Positions 1-13,072 are shown, counted from the first letter of the whole stretch. The stretch: DNA of 62,920 nt, filler included, from Hausera hauseri (GCA_046269625.1; 9 parts of 9 records of this genome joined end to end with filler, not necessarily neighbours in it), one strand, 5' to 3'. Translations and numbers: made by a program. The notes: a model not told the origin generated them from the letters alone.

Positions 1-540
1 ACCGTTGTAAACTCAATAATTTGTTATTGACTTTTTTGAAAGATATCAAAAAAGGTCGAGTTGTACCGAATGTCGTAATAAAAGTTAAAGATATTAAGGC
101 ACCACTCTATTTCCTAAGTTCGGCAATCGCTGATTGAGTGTTACGTTTATAGTAGCTGGCAAGTATGAGCAGAGATATGACATGTCTACCGGAGGTCAGA
201 AGATTATTAAAGTTCGCAGATAGACATTTTTGGTACGTTAACGTTATAGTGAATAAATTTGTAAAAATTTGTAAATAGATAATACTGATGAAAAAAAATT
301 GTCGATAGAAGTTTGAAATCAAAATAAAGAAATACAATTCATTCTCTTTTGTTGTTTAACGTATTTGTGGATTTACTTCATTCTGCCTATTTGATCCGCT
401 AATCTAATTATTTACATTGACATTTGTAAAAAAGTAAAGTAAAAATGTCAATTACATAGAGAAAATTTACATAAGACTGTATTGTTTTGAAAAAGAAATG
501 TGACTAGTATAAGGTCACATTTATAGATAATTTTATATGC

Positions 541-700
541 ATGGGTGTGTATCAAAAATGTATGTGTATGTATGTATATAAAAAGTCATGTGTGAATGTG
601 TGTATCAGAAAAATAATGTGTGAATGTGTGTATGCGTGTGTGTATCAGGAAAATAGTGTGTGTGGTTTTATTTTTTTGATGTATGCGCACACCAACATTT
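541..700. repeat. Degenerate (TG)n/(TGTA)n microsatellite
   Basis: Runs of gtgtgt/atgtgt/gtatgt; explains the C/V/M/Y-rich start of ORF 541..972. Confidence 0.65.
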
Positions 701-1048
701 ATGTGTGCATTGGAAATTTACCATGTATTAGTAATTTTAGACCGTCTGCTTTTAAAAGAAGAGGTTCATCAAAAGTATATAAGGCAGTGTTTGTCATTAT
801 TTTGGCATTTTTTCAAGCGCACAAAATGAACACTCAAATGTTAACTGAAGAGTTGAGAGTAGCAGCAGCCGAAAGTGTTAGGAGACAATTGGATGTTGAC
901 AATAAAAGTGAAAATGCAAATGAAAAGCATATTGAAGAAAGTCAAAACACAATAGTGAAAAAAGTTTTTTAAAAAAGGGTTTTAAATTAGTGATATGCAC
1001 CACAACTTCTTTTCCGTTTTTGAGGATAACAGCGTTGTGCGAATGCAA

Positions 1049-1995
1049 CTACACCAATTTATATGGTCCTAAGTACTGTGGCTGGAAACCGCACGGTGTT
1101 TGGTTTTTTAGCCATACAAACTTTGCCGAGTATAAGTCTTCGGGTATGTAAGATTTGTCATTATGTAAAAGCCTGCAAAACAAATCTTTGTTGATTGTGA
1201 CGAAGTGATCCTGTGCTGCTTGTATCCTCTCGTCTATGAAAGTCTCTTCAAGAGCCGTTAGTTCAAACAGTGACCATACAGGAGTTCTGAATAAAGTTTC
1301 CGTTGATGAGCATCCTGTGGAAGTAGACGTAGTGTTCCGCCAGCCAAGCAGAACGAACAGAAGAAGAGTAGTCCAATTGGTGTTTGACTGTGCTAGAATT
1401 CTGAGTGATGTTTTCAAAGTTTGGTGGAAACATTCGAGAAGGCCGTTTGATTGGGATGTTAGGGTGTTGTATGAATGTAGCTTATTCTCAATCGGTTGAC
1501 TAGGGATTTAAACCGATTTGACTCGAATTGCGGACCTTGGTTTAAGATGATATGACGAGAAGACCCGAATCTACTCACCCACGTACAAATGAAAGTATCG
1601 GCTATAGTGTCAGTGTTTGTGCTCCTCAGTGGCATTGCTTCGGGCCATAGTGAGGAACGGTCCATCATGGTCAGAATAAATTGGTGGCCGTTGTCTATTG
1701 GAAGAGGACCGACGATATCTATATGTACTGTTTCAAAACGTGATGTGCAGGGGAAGTAATATAATGGTGGTTTTAAATGTTTTATAGTTTTATATTTTTG
1801 ACAAGCCGCTCACTCTTTAACCCATGCTTGCACATAGGAGCGCATCGACGGCCAAACTACTTGACGTTGAAGTAAACGAAAAGTTGCTTTGGCACCAGGA
1901 TGATGTAACGAATGTACACTATCAAATGCTTGTTTGTGTAAAGATGGGGCAAGAATTATTTTAGAATGCCCTGGTTTGAAAGTATCTAAGGCCAC
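1049..1995 (-). pseudogene. Integrase fragments of A1
   Basis: HHCC zinc region, DRSSLWPEAMPL, QGPQFES and C-terminal GPY motif spread over three ORF pieces. Confidence 0.88.
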
Positions 1996-2248
1996 GCCGT
2001 CAACGATGTGGTGCGACTTGAACGATTTGAGAATATCTTGAGATGGCTTATTTTCTTGGAGTTATGTCTGAGTAAAGATTGGCGAAAAATTGATTGAACC
2101 GACTGATCTAGATGGGATATCGGCAACTAGATTGTCAACACCGTCAATGTGTTTGATATCAAAGTTAAATGTGGACAAATATAAAATTTGTCGTTCCTGT
2201 CCAGTTGAAGGGTGTTTCATTGCCATTATATTTATCAACGGTTTGTGA

Positions 2249-3817
2249 TCAGTCTATACCAAAATGACGAGCTGTAAGTAAGTGAGAAAAATGTCTTAAA
2301 GCAAGAACTATTGCCAGCAGTTCCCGATCGAAAGTTGAATATCTAGTTTCTGGCGGTGTTAATTTTCGGGAAAAGAATTCCAGAGGTTGATTTTCGCCTT
2401 TATACAACTGGTGTAGTACGGCACCTACTGCGATGTTTGATGCATCTGTGGTTAAAATTAGCTCAGCGTCAGGCTTAGGAAATGCTAGTATTTCAACAGT
2501 CTTTAGTCCTTTGCGTAGCCTATCAAACTTATTAACCAGTTGTGGCGTCCACATGATTTTCTGAGGTTTTTTTCCTTCGCTTAAGTGTGCAATATGTGCC
2601 TTGAGTTCCGAATAATATGGAATATATTTGTGAACGAAATGCAAGGTACCAAGAAAACTGCGCATTTCTGTGGTTGTCTTAGGCAGTTGGACATTTTTAA
2701 GGGTCTCAACTCGATCAGACTGATGTGAATGGCTGTTTGATGAGATAATATGTCCCAGAAAATTAATGCGTTTTTGGAAGAAGTCACATTTTGCAAAATT
2801 GATCTGTAGATTGAACTGATTGAGTCGTTTGAAGATAGATCGTAGGTGTTCCTCGTGTTGTTTAACAGAAGAAGAAGCAACCAAGATATCATCAATATAT
2901 GGATGCACGAAAGTAAAGTCTGAAAGAATTGAATCGACGTGTCGCTGAAAATTTTGCGCAGCATTCCGTAGACCGAAAGGCATATACAAGTACTCATAAA
3001 GACCAAAATATGTGGTAACCGCACTTTTCTCGATGTCTTCCGGTGCGACAGGAATCTGGCGGTATGCTTTGGCTAAATCGATTGTTAAATAAACTGTGGT
3101 AGAATTAAGCCGATGTAATATATTTTTGATCAAGGATAGTGGATACGCATTCACTATGGTCAAAGTATTAAGCTGACGATAATCGCCGCATGGTCGGAAA
3201 GATCCATCTTTCTTTTGGACAACGTGGAGGGGCGAAGGCCATGGGGATTTAGATCTACGAACAATACCTGATTTTTCGAGTTCGAAAAATTCCACCTCTA
3301 CCGCCTGCCTGCGACTAAGTGACAATGGAAGAACCTTTTGTCGAATTGGTCTTTGGTAGCGTGTAATTATATGATAGTAAATGTCATTTACAGGAATGAA
3401 ATTCAGATCTTTTTGAAGTATACGAGGACAAGAAGTATTGATGAATTGTTGAAAGCTTACGGGTAGTTGCTGGAATATTGTGAGTGACGATGAACCACGG
3501 CTGTTGGCAGTACTTGGTGTATGTTGATTGATTGTTGGTGAGGAATCGAGTGGAGTTTGAAGTGGAATGGTCGAGTCCGGGACCTTATTTGCGTAAGTGT
3601 AGTTGTTCAATGATTTTACTGAAGATACCAGATCCTGAATGTCGACATTGAGCTGTGACTGACTATCGACGTTGTCCTTTGGGAGCTTACTATGTAAAAC
3701 GTGATAGTTAAGAGAATTAGTATGAGGTATAGATCGTTTAAAAATTGATTGCCTACTTACAGTTGTCTGTGTTGTCGTCGGGGTGCTGTCTATTCCTGTG
3801 CTAGTCTTCAGGTGCAT
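2249..3817 (-). pseudogene. Reverse transcriptase / RNase H of A1
   Basis: SPWPSPLHVVQKKDGSFRPCGDYRQLN, MPFGLRNAAQ, YIDDIL, LTTDASN, YSTFDRELLA. Confidence 0.93.
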
Positions 3818-3878
3818 TTGATTTCAGGTATCGTTGGTTACAATCGACTAGCAAGTTACAGTGTGACAGGAAATTGGA

Positions 3879-5631
3879 TCAAAGTATTGCCGTCTGGACG
3901 TTAGCGACTGTAAACGTCCAATGAAATGATGAGGGAAATTTTGGCAGTGAAAGATAATTTGAAAGTTCCGGCAATATGAAGAGGTTGATCGGAGCAGTAT
4001 ATAAAGGTTTTGTTTTAAGTAGAGAAATCTGAACCGGAAAAGAAAGTGGTAGTAATGAGATCTCTGCGCCGATATCGATGAAAAAGTCTATGGATTGAAT
4101 GTTAGAATTGGAGATAGCAGCTTTTAGTGTAAAGACCGCAAAAGAAGTGTGTCGGTAAGATGAATTAGGTAAGTTTCCTTTGCCAGAATCTGCCGAGAAT
4201 ACTGGCGGTTTTTGGATTGGTGAGTTAGGACGGTTACTGTTAAAGAAACTGGACCGTCTATCAGTGGTGTAGTTATTGTTAGATTTATAGTTACAGTCTG
4301 AAATACAATTCCGAGCATTAGATTCAAATTTTTTATGATAAATGCAAACTATGTTATCTGAGTGTAGATTCGGCGAATAATATCTACACCCTAAACAGCA
4401 TTTATTTGCTTTGTTATTAAATTTGTTATGGTAATAACATATAAATGACCGCGTTGGTGACGGTGTTCGATTTCTGGAAAGAGAACGCGTTCGATGAGGC
4501 GAGGAAGTGTTTCCGTCGATGTAAGGAAAGGTCATTCAGATTATCATTGATGGTGTTGATTGTATGTTGTAGTGCCGCATTTTCGGCGCGTAATTGGTTC
4601 AATTGGTGCTCACTAGATGTATGTCGTTGATTGTCATTGGTCGTAATAGCGGCTGATATGATGGGTTGTGATTGGATATTTAAGACTTCGTGTGCTTTAT
4701 AGGCCAATTCAGCTAACTTATCTAAGGCTTTAGAATCTTCAACAACGGTGAGTAAAGCCCTAATTTGAATGGGTAATGCGTTCAGGAAATATCGTCGAAG
4801 TAAATCTGGGTTGTGTTCCTTAGTCACTCCTAGAGTACGTCAGTGAGCCAACGAGGTACGTAGGAAATCACTAGGTTTTTGTGCCCCCATTTCATTTTAA
4901 TTAAAGAAGCGTTGTATTATCGAATCAATTGATGGTTCTGTCAGTTTTTATACAGCATTGAACAATTGCGTATAAGGGTCAGGGTGTTGAAAGATGTGCA
5001 ATAAGTTATGGATTGAGGCATTTATGGAGTTTGGTAGAAGGTAGAGTAGATTATGGGCTTTGGATAACGAGCCTGTAATACCGCTGGATTGTAACCAGAG
5101 TTGATGAAAGTGGAGCCAAGTTTTGATAGAATTTTCATTGTCTATAAAGTAATCAGAGCAATGTGGGGGTGTAATTGTAAAATTTTTGTGAAAAGAGTTA
5201 GTAGCGGTTGAAGTTGGTGGATGGTTTGATTTGGGATAGTAGAGATTGGATTTGGGTTTTATGGTCACCTTATCTGTGATGTCAATGGTTGGTGAAAAAA
5301 TCATACCGCCGCGGATTTTAGGGTGAATGTGAATACAGAAAAAGCGTTGTGAGGACATGATGTGTGGGCGGTCAGTTAGAATGAAACCATTGTGAGTCAG
5401 ATAGAAATCGCTGAAGGCGGTGATATTATGGATGATGGAATATAATTGTAATGTCTCGGTACGTTGTGTGACGTGTACGGTCTGTATTAAGGTGTTATTG
5501 ACAAAAAGGTAGAAGGAAAACGGTGGTGATACATGGAAAATCGGGTAATGTGGTATCTCGACGTGGTCATTCGAAGTCAAGAGGGTTGCTGTTGCTTTTG
5601 AAGAATCTGACCGATAATTGTGGCTTGACAT
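3879..5631 (-). pseudogene. Ubl-Gag-protease region of A1
   Basis: Ubl ending KIRGG, capsid-like FLNALPIQIRALL, two Cx2Hx9Cx3C knuckles, DIGAEISLLP protease motif. Confidence 0.8.
5305..5520 (-). other. Ubiquitin-like domain N-terminal to Gag (A1)
   Basis: FSFYLFVNNTLIQTVHV...DFYLTHNGFIL...IHIHPKIRGG follows the beta-grasp pattern and di-glycine end of ubiquitin. Confidence 0.7.
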
Positions 5632-6139
5632 TTCATCTGAAACGGATCCAGAAATATTTCTTTGGAATCCTTTCGTTATTCTGCCGCCCTAGATAAATAA
5701 CTGCAATATTTTGTGAATCCAATAACAAGCACAACCATATCCCCATCGTAAAATCTGCACGAAGGAGCCTGCATCAAAAAGAATTTCTTTGTATATCAGG
5801 AACCAATTGTATGATTTAGTTCCTCTGTAAAACGCAACGGAAATGTACAGTTGTTTGGTTCGAGGGGCAAAGGTCTACCACCGAAAAAGATTAAAGTATT
5901 GTTTTCTATTTTACTAAAATTTCCGCACAGAGAGTTAAGATGAAAATATGATCGATCTGTGGACTCCTTATGGTTAATGATTCTATTGCGCATATAACTG
6001 ATACTTACTGAAGAAAGTCGACAATGGCCAGAAGAGAACGGATTTTTTCCATAGTCAGAAACTCTAATCAGATACTCGCTGTCATTAGAAGAATAAATCG
6101 GGCCGACTTTGCAATAGTGTGCCTTACTTCCACCTCGTC

Positions 6140-6239
6140 NNNNNNNNNNNNNNNNNNNNNNNNNNNNNNNNNNNNNNNNNNNNTTAATTAATTAANNNNN
6201 NNNNNNNNNNNNNNNNNNNNNNNNNNNNNNNNNNNNNNN
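6140..6239. other. Assembly spacer
   Basis: N44-TTAATTAATTAA-N44. Confidence 0.97.
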
Positions 6240-7060
6240 CCAGTCAGTTCTCTTGCCGCCTTTTCCCATGGTTTGTCAAGCTCTTCTTTTCTTTGCCTTA
6301 AAGTTTTCAGTCAACTTCTCGGGCTGTTGTTTCCTCATCCTATACCTAGTGACAGTTGATTGCTTTTTGTTCCTATTTGACTGATAACTTTGCGACGTTC
6401 TCCAATTTCTTTTAAGACTTCTTGATTTTTCTCCTTTGCTGTCCATGGGATTCGTTGCATTTTTTTCCTATAAGAATAATATTTCTGCAGCTTCTAGTTT
6501 TTGTTTTTTATTTTTGAATATTCATTTACTGTCCAAATTTCATATGCGTATAGCAGTATATGTTTTATATAGCAGGGTAGTATCCTGTTTCTTAATGATA
6601 CCGCAAGACTTATTTTTGTAATTATCGTCTTCATGATGTTTCTCTTACGCTTCTGCCATCTGCTGTTATTATTCTCGTAAAGTAGACGGATTTATCCAGT
6701 TGTTTGATTGTCTTCCCATGTGCTTGTATGTTACAGTTTGGCATTTTGGCTTATTTTTATATGCTTGAAATGAATTGGCTGTAGAATATGAATTGTCGTT
6801 TCCATGACGGCTTATAAAACTTTTAGACAAATAGTCTTCATAATTGAACACATTTGTTGCATGTAGACTTTTGTTTGTGTACAGTCTTGTTCAGAGCCGC
6901 CGCTCTGTCGCTTTCTACTCGTCCACAGCATTAGGGATTGCTTCCATAAAGTAATCCACTCTACCCGCTGGAATGTTCTCGACTTTCGATGTTTTATTTT
7001 CAGTTTGCCTTTAGGCGTCCACCGGGCTGCTGGTCGTGGTAAAGTGTCCCTAGGCACTAA
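6240..7060 (-). mobile_element. RTE-clade non-LTR retrotransposon remnants
   Basis: LLYAYEIWT...KLEAAE...MQRIPWTAKEKNQEVLK (6400-6560) and LPRPAARWTPKGK (~7040) resemble the post-RT region of RTE LINEs. Confidence 0.65.
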
Positions 7061-7720
7061 TAGGACAGAGTCCTAGATGGCGCCGTCGTCGATAAATTTT
7101 GGGACCCAAGATAACTCGTGTACAACCCAACCAGCAGCGCGACATTTTGGAGTCGCTATTTTAATAGTGCTAACATTTGGGTGAGATGAGCAACTCTTGG
7201 GATTTCTTGACATTGTTAACGTGGGTGGTTTCGAAGAATGTTTTACAGGCTTAGGTTATTTAGATTTTATTCTTTCTTTCTTTCTTTCGTTCGCTGTTTT
7301 CTCCTTCATTACGTTCGTTATGTACATCTCCCGTTTATTCTTCTTTTGTTGCTTTCCGTTTTTTATTTATCCAGTTTTTCTGTGTCAGTTTTTCTACATA
7401 CCCAAAACTGCCGGAAGTCCGTACTTGGAGCTTTGTTGAATTGGTATTGTCCTCAGCTAGTTGCGTTCTAAAATCAACACTGCCTTTCAGCTCTTTTCTT
7501 TCAGTCAATTTGTTTGTATTAGTTTTGCAGTGTTACACAGAAAATCAGTCAAACGTTAAACACCGAAGAAAAAACGATTGAGCAAACACTACTGTCTTAA
7601 AAGTAACAAAATATTTATAGGAATTTTATAAGATAATATATATATCAAATTCAATATTATAGTACAGTTTGTAAATAATTCGCATATTAAACAAAAAACA
7701 ATTTTGACAAGGAATATTAC

Positions 7721-9707
7721 CTTAGTAGTAAGGTAAAATCTAAAATCAAACGAATATTCAATGATGGAATCGCCTAATTTGATGCAAATAGCACCACCTT
7801 GTTTAAATGTCTGTTTCAACAACAGTGGTTCCAAAAGAGGATCCAGTTCTTCACCGACATTTTCTAACAACACTGGTGTACCAAACTGAATACAGTTCTC
7901 CAACGTTCTCACAAAGTCGGAATCTGTTAACTTGATCACCTGAAGATTATTTCTCTTTTCCATATTTTTGATCCATTTATTTGCCTGACCCTGTGGATCA
8001 ATTAGTAGTGGCCATCGACGAGCATTGCTGATTACCATTAGGCTCAATTATTTGATGCAAATATTACCTAATAATAATGCTATTCTCCACCGAAAAATCA
8101 TCAGTTGGAAGACCAAATATATTCCATGCTCTGATTTCAACTGGGTCTCCAAGCGTTAAAACCAGCGAAAATTTATCGGAACAAGGAATATTTTTTTCTC
8201 GAATATTTTTCAACCATTTTTTCGTTTGATCAACTCTAAAAAATGATGTGAATGCACCCAGATATGCTACCACATCACTAGAAAGTAGAATTTCACCAAT
8301 TAAGTTCGTAAATTTAACACCCAAATCTTTTGCAGCTTGAATCCAACGATCTTTTTCACCGCCAAGACCACCAATCAATTGTTCGGCTCGATCCAATTTT
8401 TTCGAGCACCGACCAACATTGTTTTCTAAATCTATTTTTTTCCGTTTATTATTCTCCAATTCCTCTGTGAGTGTTTTTAATTTTTCTTGTACTGCTTTAA
8501 GGGCAGCTCTCTTCTTATTCAATGAATCCATGGCAGCATTATATTCGCCCAAAGCCTTTTCCAGAGCAACCTTTTTTGGAGCTACAACCTTAGCCACTTT
8601 GTCATATTTGTCGATGGCATAAACCCATTTACAAAGACCCTCGGTAGCCGTAGATGCCACTGCAATTCTTTCCGGCTTAAACTCCTCATTCACAATATAT
8701 TTCTCACGTATGACTTTGATATAAGCAGCAGGGATGTTATCTTTGTCATATGTTTTTAAACTTTCTAAGAACTTAATGTCTCCTAGAATTCGTTTTGATG
8801 GTCCCCAAAAGTCTTCTATTTTCTTTCCAGAACCACTTGGATCATTAACTCTGTCGGGTTTAACTCCTCTCAAGACGCATACAGCTTCCATAACCAATCG
8901 AACACCCTTAGGGGTTGATATCATGGTTCTTACAATGGCAATATCAGCAGGTGTCAAGGTTTCCAAGGCTTTAATAGCTGACTCTAAAATTGGTAAGGCC
9001 TCAGCAAGATCACTGTCACATTCATTTTTGATTGCTTCGGCAGCTCTGGCCTGTTCCCCGGCAACTGCTTCATCAGCTTTAACAACTTTTTCTTGCTTCG
9101 CTGCTTCCGTACTTTGTTGCTCTACAATAATCATAGCCTCGTCAACTTCTTTACTGGCTTGCACTAGCTTTGGTTGATAATCTGTGAGTTCTTTTTGCAT
9201 CACAGATATGCCTGAAGCTGCATTCTGTAATTTTTTCAAACCGATTTCATACCGTCTTTTCTGTTTAAGAACTTCTGTTCTCTTTTTTTTCAACAAATTC
9301 ATGAACATATAGATTAGTTCCAAGTAAGACGTTGGTGTCACATAATTATGTCGACTGAGTTCCAACAGAAACTTTTGAGACAGATCTCGAGTAGAAGTGT
9401 GGAACAATTTGCAAAAATCAATGCAACTCATTTTAATTTCACTTTCGAGTTCGATTTCTTCTAAAAATCGAGTAGCCACAGCAGTTAATGCATCTTCTGG
9501 CCAGCTCTGAAACCAATCAATCGTACAGCAGTTGACCAAAGACGGAAATTTCCTCAACCGATTTCTAAATGCATCACCAATAGGACTCATTGCCAATACA
9601 ACGTGCAATTGATCTCGAACTCTCTGAATGAAGAAGTTAAACAGTGCAACCGGAGAACCATCTGTTTGGCGGCTTTTATCTCGCTGTCTATCAATTTGAC
9701 GCATTTC
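7721..9707 (-). CDS. DNAH7: Axonemal dynein heavy chain fragment (DNAH7-like; end of AAA4, stalk/microtubule-binding domain, start of AAA5)
   Basis: MRQIDRQRDK..LHVVLAMSPIGDAFRNRLRKFPSLVNCCTIDWF; RRWPLLIDPQGQANKWIKNME; ends at FRFYLTTK followed by a GT donor. Confidence 0.88.
8028..8067 (-). other. 40-nt GT-AG intron in the dynein fragment
   Basis: AG|gtaatat...taatcag|C; removal restores ENSIIISNARRWP. Confidence 0.85.
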
Positions 9708-11171
9708 GTTATATTCATTGTTATATTTAACCAATGATGCCTCTACTGGAGCTAAATTTTCCTTAATATTAGATACTTTTTCAGAAAGTTTAGCGATCAT
9801 CATTTCCTTTCTCCAAATAAAGAATTTACATTTAAACGGAATATCGCAGCAATTAATAACATAGCGAATTAAAAGTACCTGTTTTAGATAATTCATCGAG
9901 ATTAAATTCCAAATGTTATTCTCAAATTCTTGATTAGTAATATTAGAATTATCAATCACTTCATCATAACTTAAACTGTTTTCTGCATCAGCCCAATTAC
10001 CGGCGGAGTTCCAAGTTCCATTTAAATTTAAAATCGGTTTATCATCAACCAACATTTTCCACGAAGTATTAGTGAAAAACATTAAAGTTTGAGTGAAAGA
10101 TAATTTTTCCATTTTGTAAATATCTTTCGTAAGTACTATATTGCAATGACAAATGTTTGAACCAAATGTCATATTACATGATATTTTACCAACGGTCTCT
10201 GGTTTATTGAAAAATGGATTCAATTTGATGTAATCACAATCATAGTCAAATCTATCATCAAATTGTATTTTAAATTGTATGACCAAACTAACTTCATCAT
10301 TTGTAAATTGTTTTTCAATCTTCGATGGCACTTTGGATATCTTTGAAATTAAACTATCTGACATATCATTCCGAATATTGCCCGATTCAGAATGAAAGAA
10401 ATTGATTTGATCCATATCCATTTTCGTATTTTTCGTCACATTTCCTTTCACTATTATAAATACACACACAATAACTGAACGTGTGCCGGCATCGTCAAAA
10501 TTTTTATACAGATCATTACTCTTAGATAAATAGAGTAAGTTCGGCATATCAATAATCGGATTTATTAAATTTGTAACAATTTCTTTCGCCGTAAATATTT
10601 TTACACTTCTTTTCATCAAAATTAGATCATATCTATAATTTGTTAATTTATCATTTGAACAATATGTGTTCTTTGAAGGGTTATTTGATGACTTTGATGA
10701 AGGATAAATGTAACTGTTGTTAAAAGCTTTATAAATTTTTATCTCGTTTTCATCGATACATTTAAGTTCATTTAATAATTTTTGATCAGTCCGGTAATGT
10801 ATAATTTCGTCTCCGCCGATATCATTTATTATCATAATTATCTGTAATATTTCAACATTATTTTGAACATAGTTACAGTCTTTCCAAACGAAACAGGCGT
10901 GATTGAGACGATAATCGTTAAATCTTCGCATCATCACCTTCCTTTTACAAGTGAACTCTTCCTTTTTGATGGTTTCTCCTTTTCTTATCTTTAAAAGTGT
11001 CCCACCTGAGATGCCATTTGATGTTCGTCTCAGAATAACGTATCTATTCATTTTCGACTCATTTTCCTTTTTATTCGTATCTTTAATTTTCACTTTCGAC
11101 ATCTTTTGACATTGTTGGATAACTTTACATGTATAAGATATATAACTCATCGATTTAACACGGAATCTCAT
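9708..11171 (-). CDS. Unknown ~490-aa N/K/I-rich domain fused in frame to the dynein fragment
   Basis: ~1.46 kb stop-free in AT-rich DNA, no dynein motifs, no AG acceptor at the junction. Confidence 0.6.
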
Positions 11172-11506
11172 CTTTATTTCTAATATCTACAAAGTTCAAA
11201 TTTCTTGACAACGTTTTAAACAAAAACAAAAACTCATAAAGTTTACACAATAAATAAAACTTTACACAATTTACATGATAAAGGTCATCTTGCTTCATAA
11301 TTCCTAGCTACAATTTATTCTTCGTCGATTTGATAGTTACAAGTCATATCTGTTCTGATAACATTTGTTCCACGAGTCTATGGAATTCGTTATCATTAGA
11401 GTTATAGTTGTTTGGCCGAAATCGTGATCTACACCGCGATACACCATCGCCAGCCGTCTCAGCCCCCACCTCTGATTTTAATTAATTATTTTTGATCTAT
11501 ACATTT

Positions 11507-11606
11507 NNNNNNNNNNNNNNNNNNNNNNNNNNNNNNNNNNNNNNNNNNNNTTAATTAATTAANNNNNNNNNNNNNNNNNNNNNNNNNNNNNNNNNNNNNN
11601 NNNNNN
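11507..11606. other. Assembly spacer
   Basis: N44-TTAATTAATTAA-N44. Confidence 0.97.
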
Positions 11607-11639
11607 AGATTTTTCACAGAATTTATTAGGTGATTTTAC

Positions 11640-12210
11640 TGCTTCTTAAGAGAAAATGACAGACAGCTGAAAAAGTGGGGAAATTTGTCTGTCTCAAGAA
11701 CAAGGTAACACCAAATGGCGACCGCGTGAAGGCGCCCAGAAGATGAATGAATCAAGAAAAACAATGGCATGAATATGTGCGGTCTTATCTGGAAATGTAA
11801 AAAGGAAAACAAGCACAGCCTCCAGACTAACATCAAGTTAATGAAGATCAATATACCCACCACCCCTGGGTCATAACGCTGCAAAACAATCACCATTTAA
11901 AAAACTAAATGTTCACGAAGGATTCTGAAGATATTCTGGCCAATGGGGATCTCTATTGATACCATCAGACAAAAAACACAGTTGTTACCGCCTGAGAAAT
12001 CACCAGGAGATGCCGATAGTGATGGTTAAGCATGTCGGCAGGTTCTCCAACAGACAACCCATGGAAACCGAAACGCGGAGACCGGGAGGGTCATGGCAAC
12101 AGAAACATGAGCTGAAAATCAGAAGTTTAATATTCGAGTTGGCTGCATAAACAGTGAAGGACAGACAAAAGTGGAAGGCCATTGATATGGCATCACGAGG
12201 ACTGAGTGAC
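11640..12210 (+). mobile_element. RTE-like LINE 3' remnant
   Basis: Degenerate EKVGKFVCL, RRILKIFWP, RRPGGSW, KDRQKWK motifs. Confidence 0.55.
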
Positions 12211-13072
12211 CCAAATTAACATAGTGTATAAAATACTGAAATACACATTTCGTGCTGTGTGCTTTCAGGGTGTCCGCGTGTCCACCCCGTTCCCCAACCC
12301 AGTAACGGCCGAAAAAAGTACACACTAACTGTCCTAAAGATCTGCTGATGATATGCCCTTGTTGTGTTATCGGGAGATTATGAATTATTCCTTCGCCCTT
12401 AATTACATGTGACCCGACCATTCTTCGTGTACACACAGTTTTTTTGGCTTTCGTAACTTTGAAAAAGAAGATTCACAGAATACATTCAGCTAGCGAGTCC
12501 TGGCATATAATCATTTGTGAAGATCATAGGCGAATTTAGATGAGCACTGAGGGGTTCCCCCCACCCCACAATGTAACCCTCGTTGTTTTTTATCCATTTA
12601 TTAATCATTATAAACAGTTGTAATCATTAAATTTTCTAATGATCAATCAAGTAATCATTCTGTAATTTCCATGGCCGTCAAATTATATATATATATAATA
12701 TTTGGAATTTAGGGAAAAAAAACATTATTTTCTTATAAAATCTATAAATCTCATACTTACGCAATAGGTGTTTTCTCAGTAATACTTTCTTAACATAAAT
12801 CTAAAAAATGATACATATATATATTTAATGCGATACATAGTGAGATCAGATATTATTCAACCCGCTTGGAATATACTGCTGCTTTGATGAGGAAATTCCT
12901 GTGGAATGACATTACTTTAACAATGTTGTGTGGAAATCATGTAATGTTGTACAAATATATGTATTTTATTTTGAAAAATATGTCTTGTCTTTTTACTAAC
13001 AAAGGACGTAAAACAAAAGTAAGAAGGTGAAAAAATTTATTAGCATATATACACATCTTCATATGTTTCAAA

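Larger units (their letters stand above)
1030..6139 (-). mobile_element. Ty3/Gypsy LTR retrotransposon, family A copy A1 (CsRn1-like), decayed, LTRs not seen
   Basis: Minus-strand order gag (4426..5631), CHCC knuckles, protease (FFIDIGAEISLLP), RT (YIDDIL), RNase H (TTDAS, DRELLA), integrase (HSLHHPG..C, LGPY); many stops and frameshifts. Confidence 0.93.

Noticed and set aside
541-972. 143-aa ORF
   Set aside because: N-terminal half is translated TG microsatellite; no recognisable domain
6184-6195. TTAATTAATTAA as a biological repeat
   Set aside because: Always centred in fixed-length N runs; scaffolding linker
7100-7560. Possible LTR / hydrophobic ORFs
   Set aside because: No convincing TG..CA termini or PBS; F-rich ORFs arise from T-rich sequence
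8419-9177. Plus-strand ORFs
   Set aside because: Antisense shadows of the dynein coding sequence
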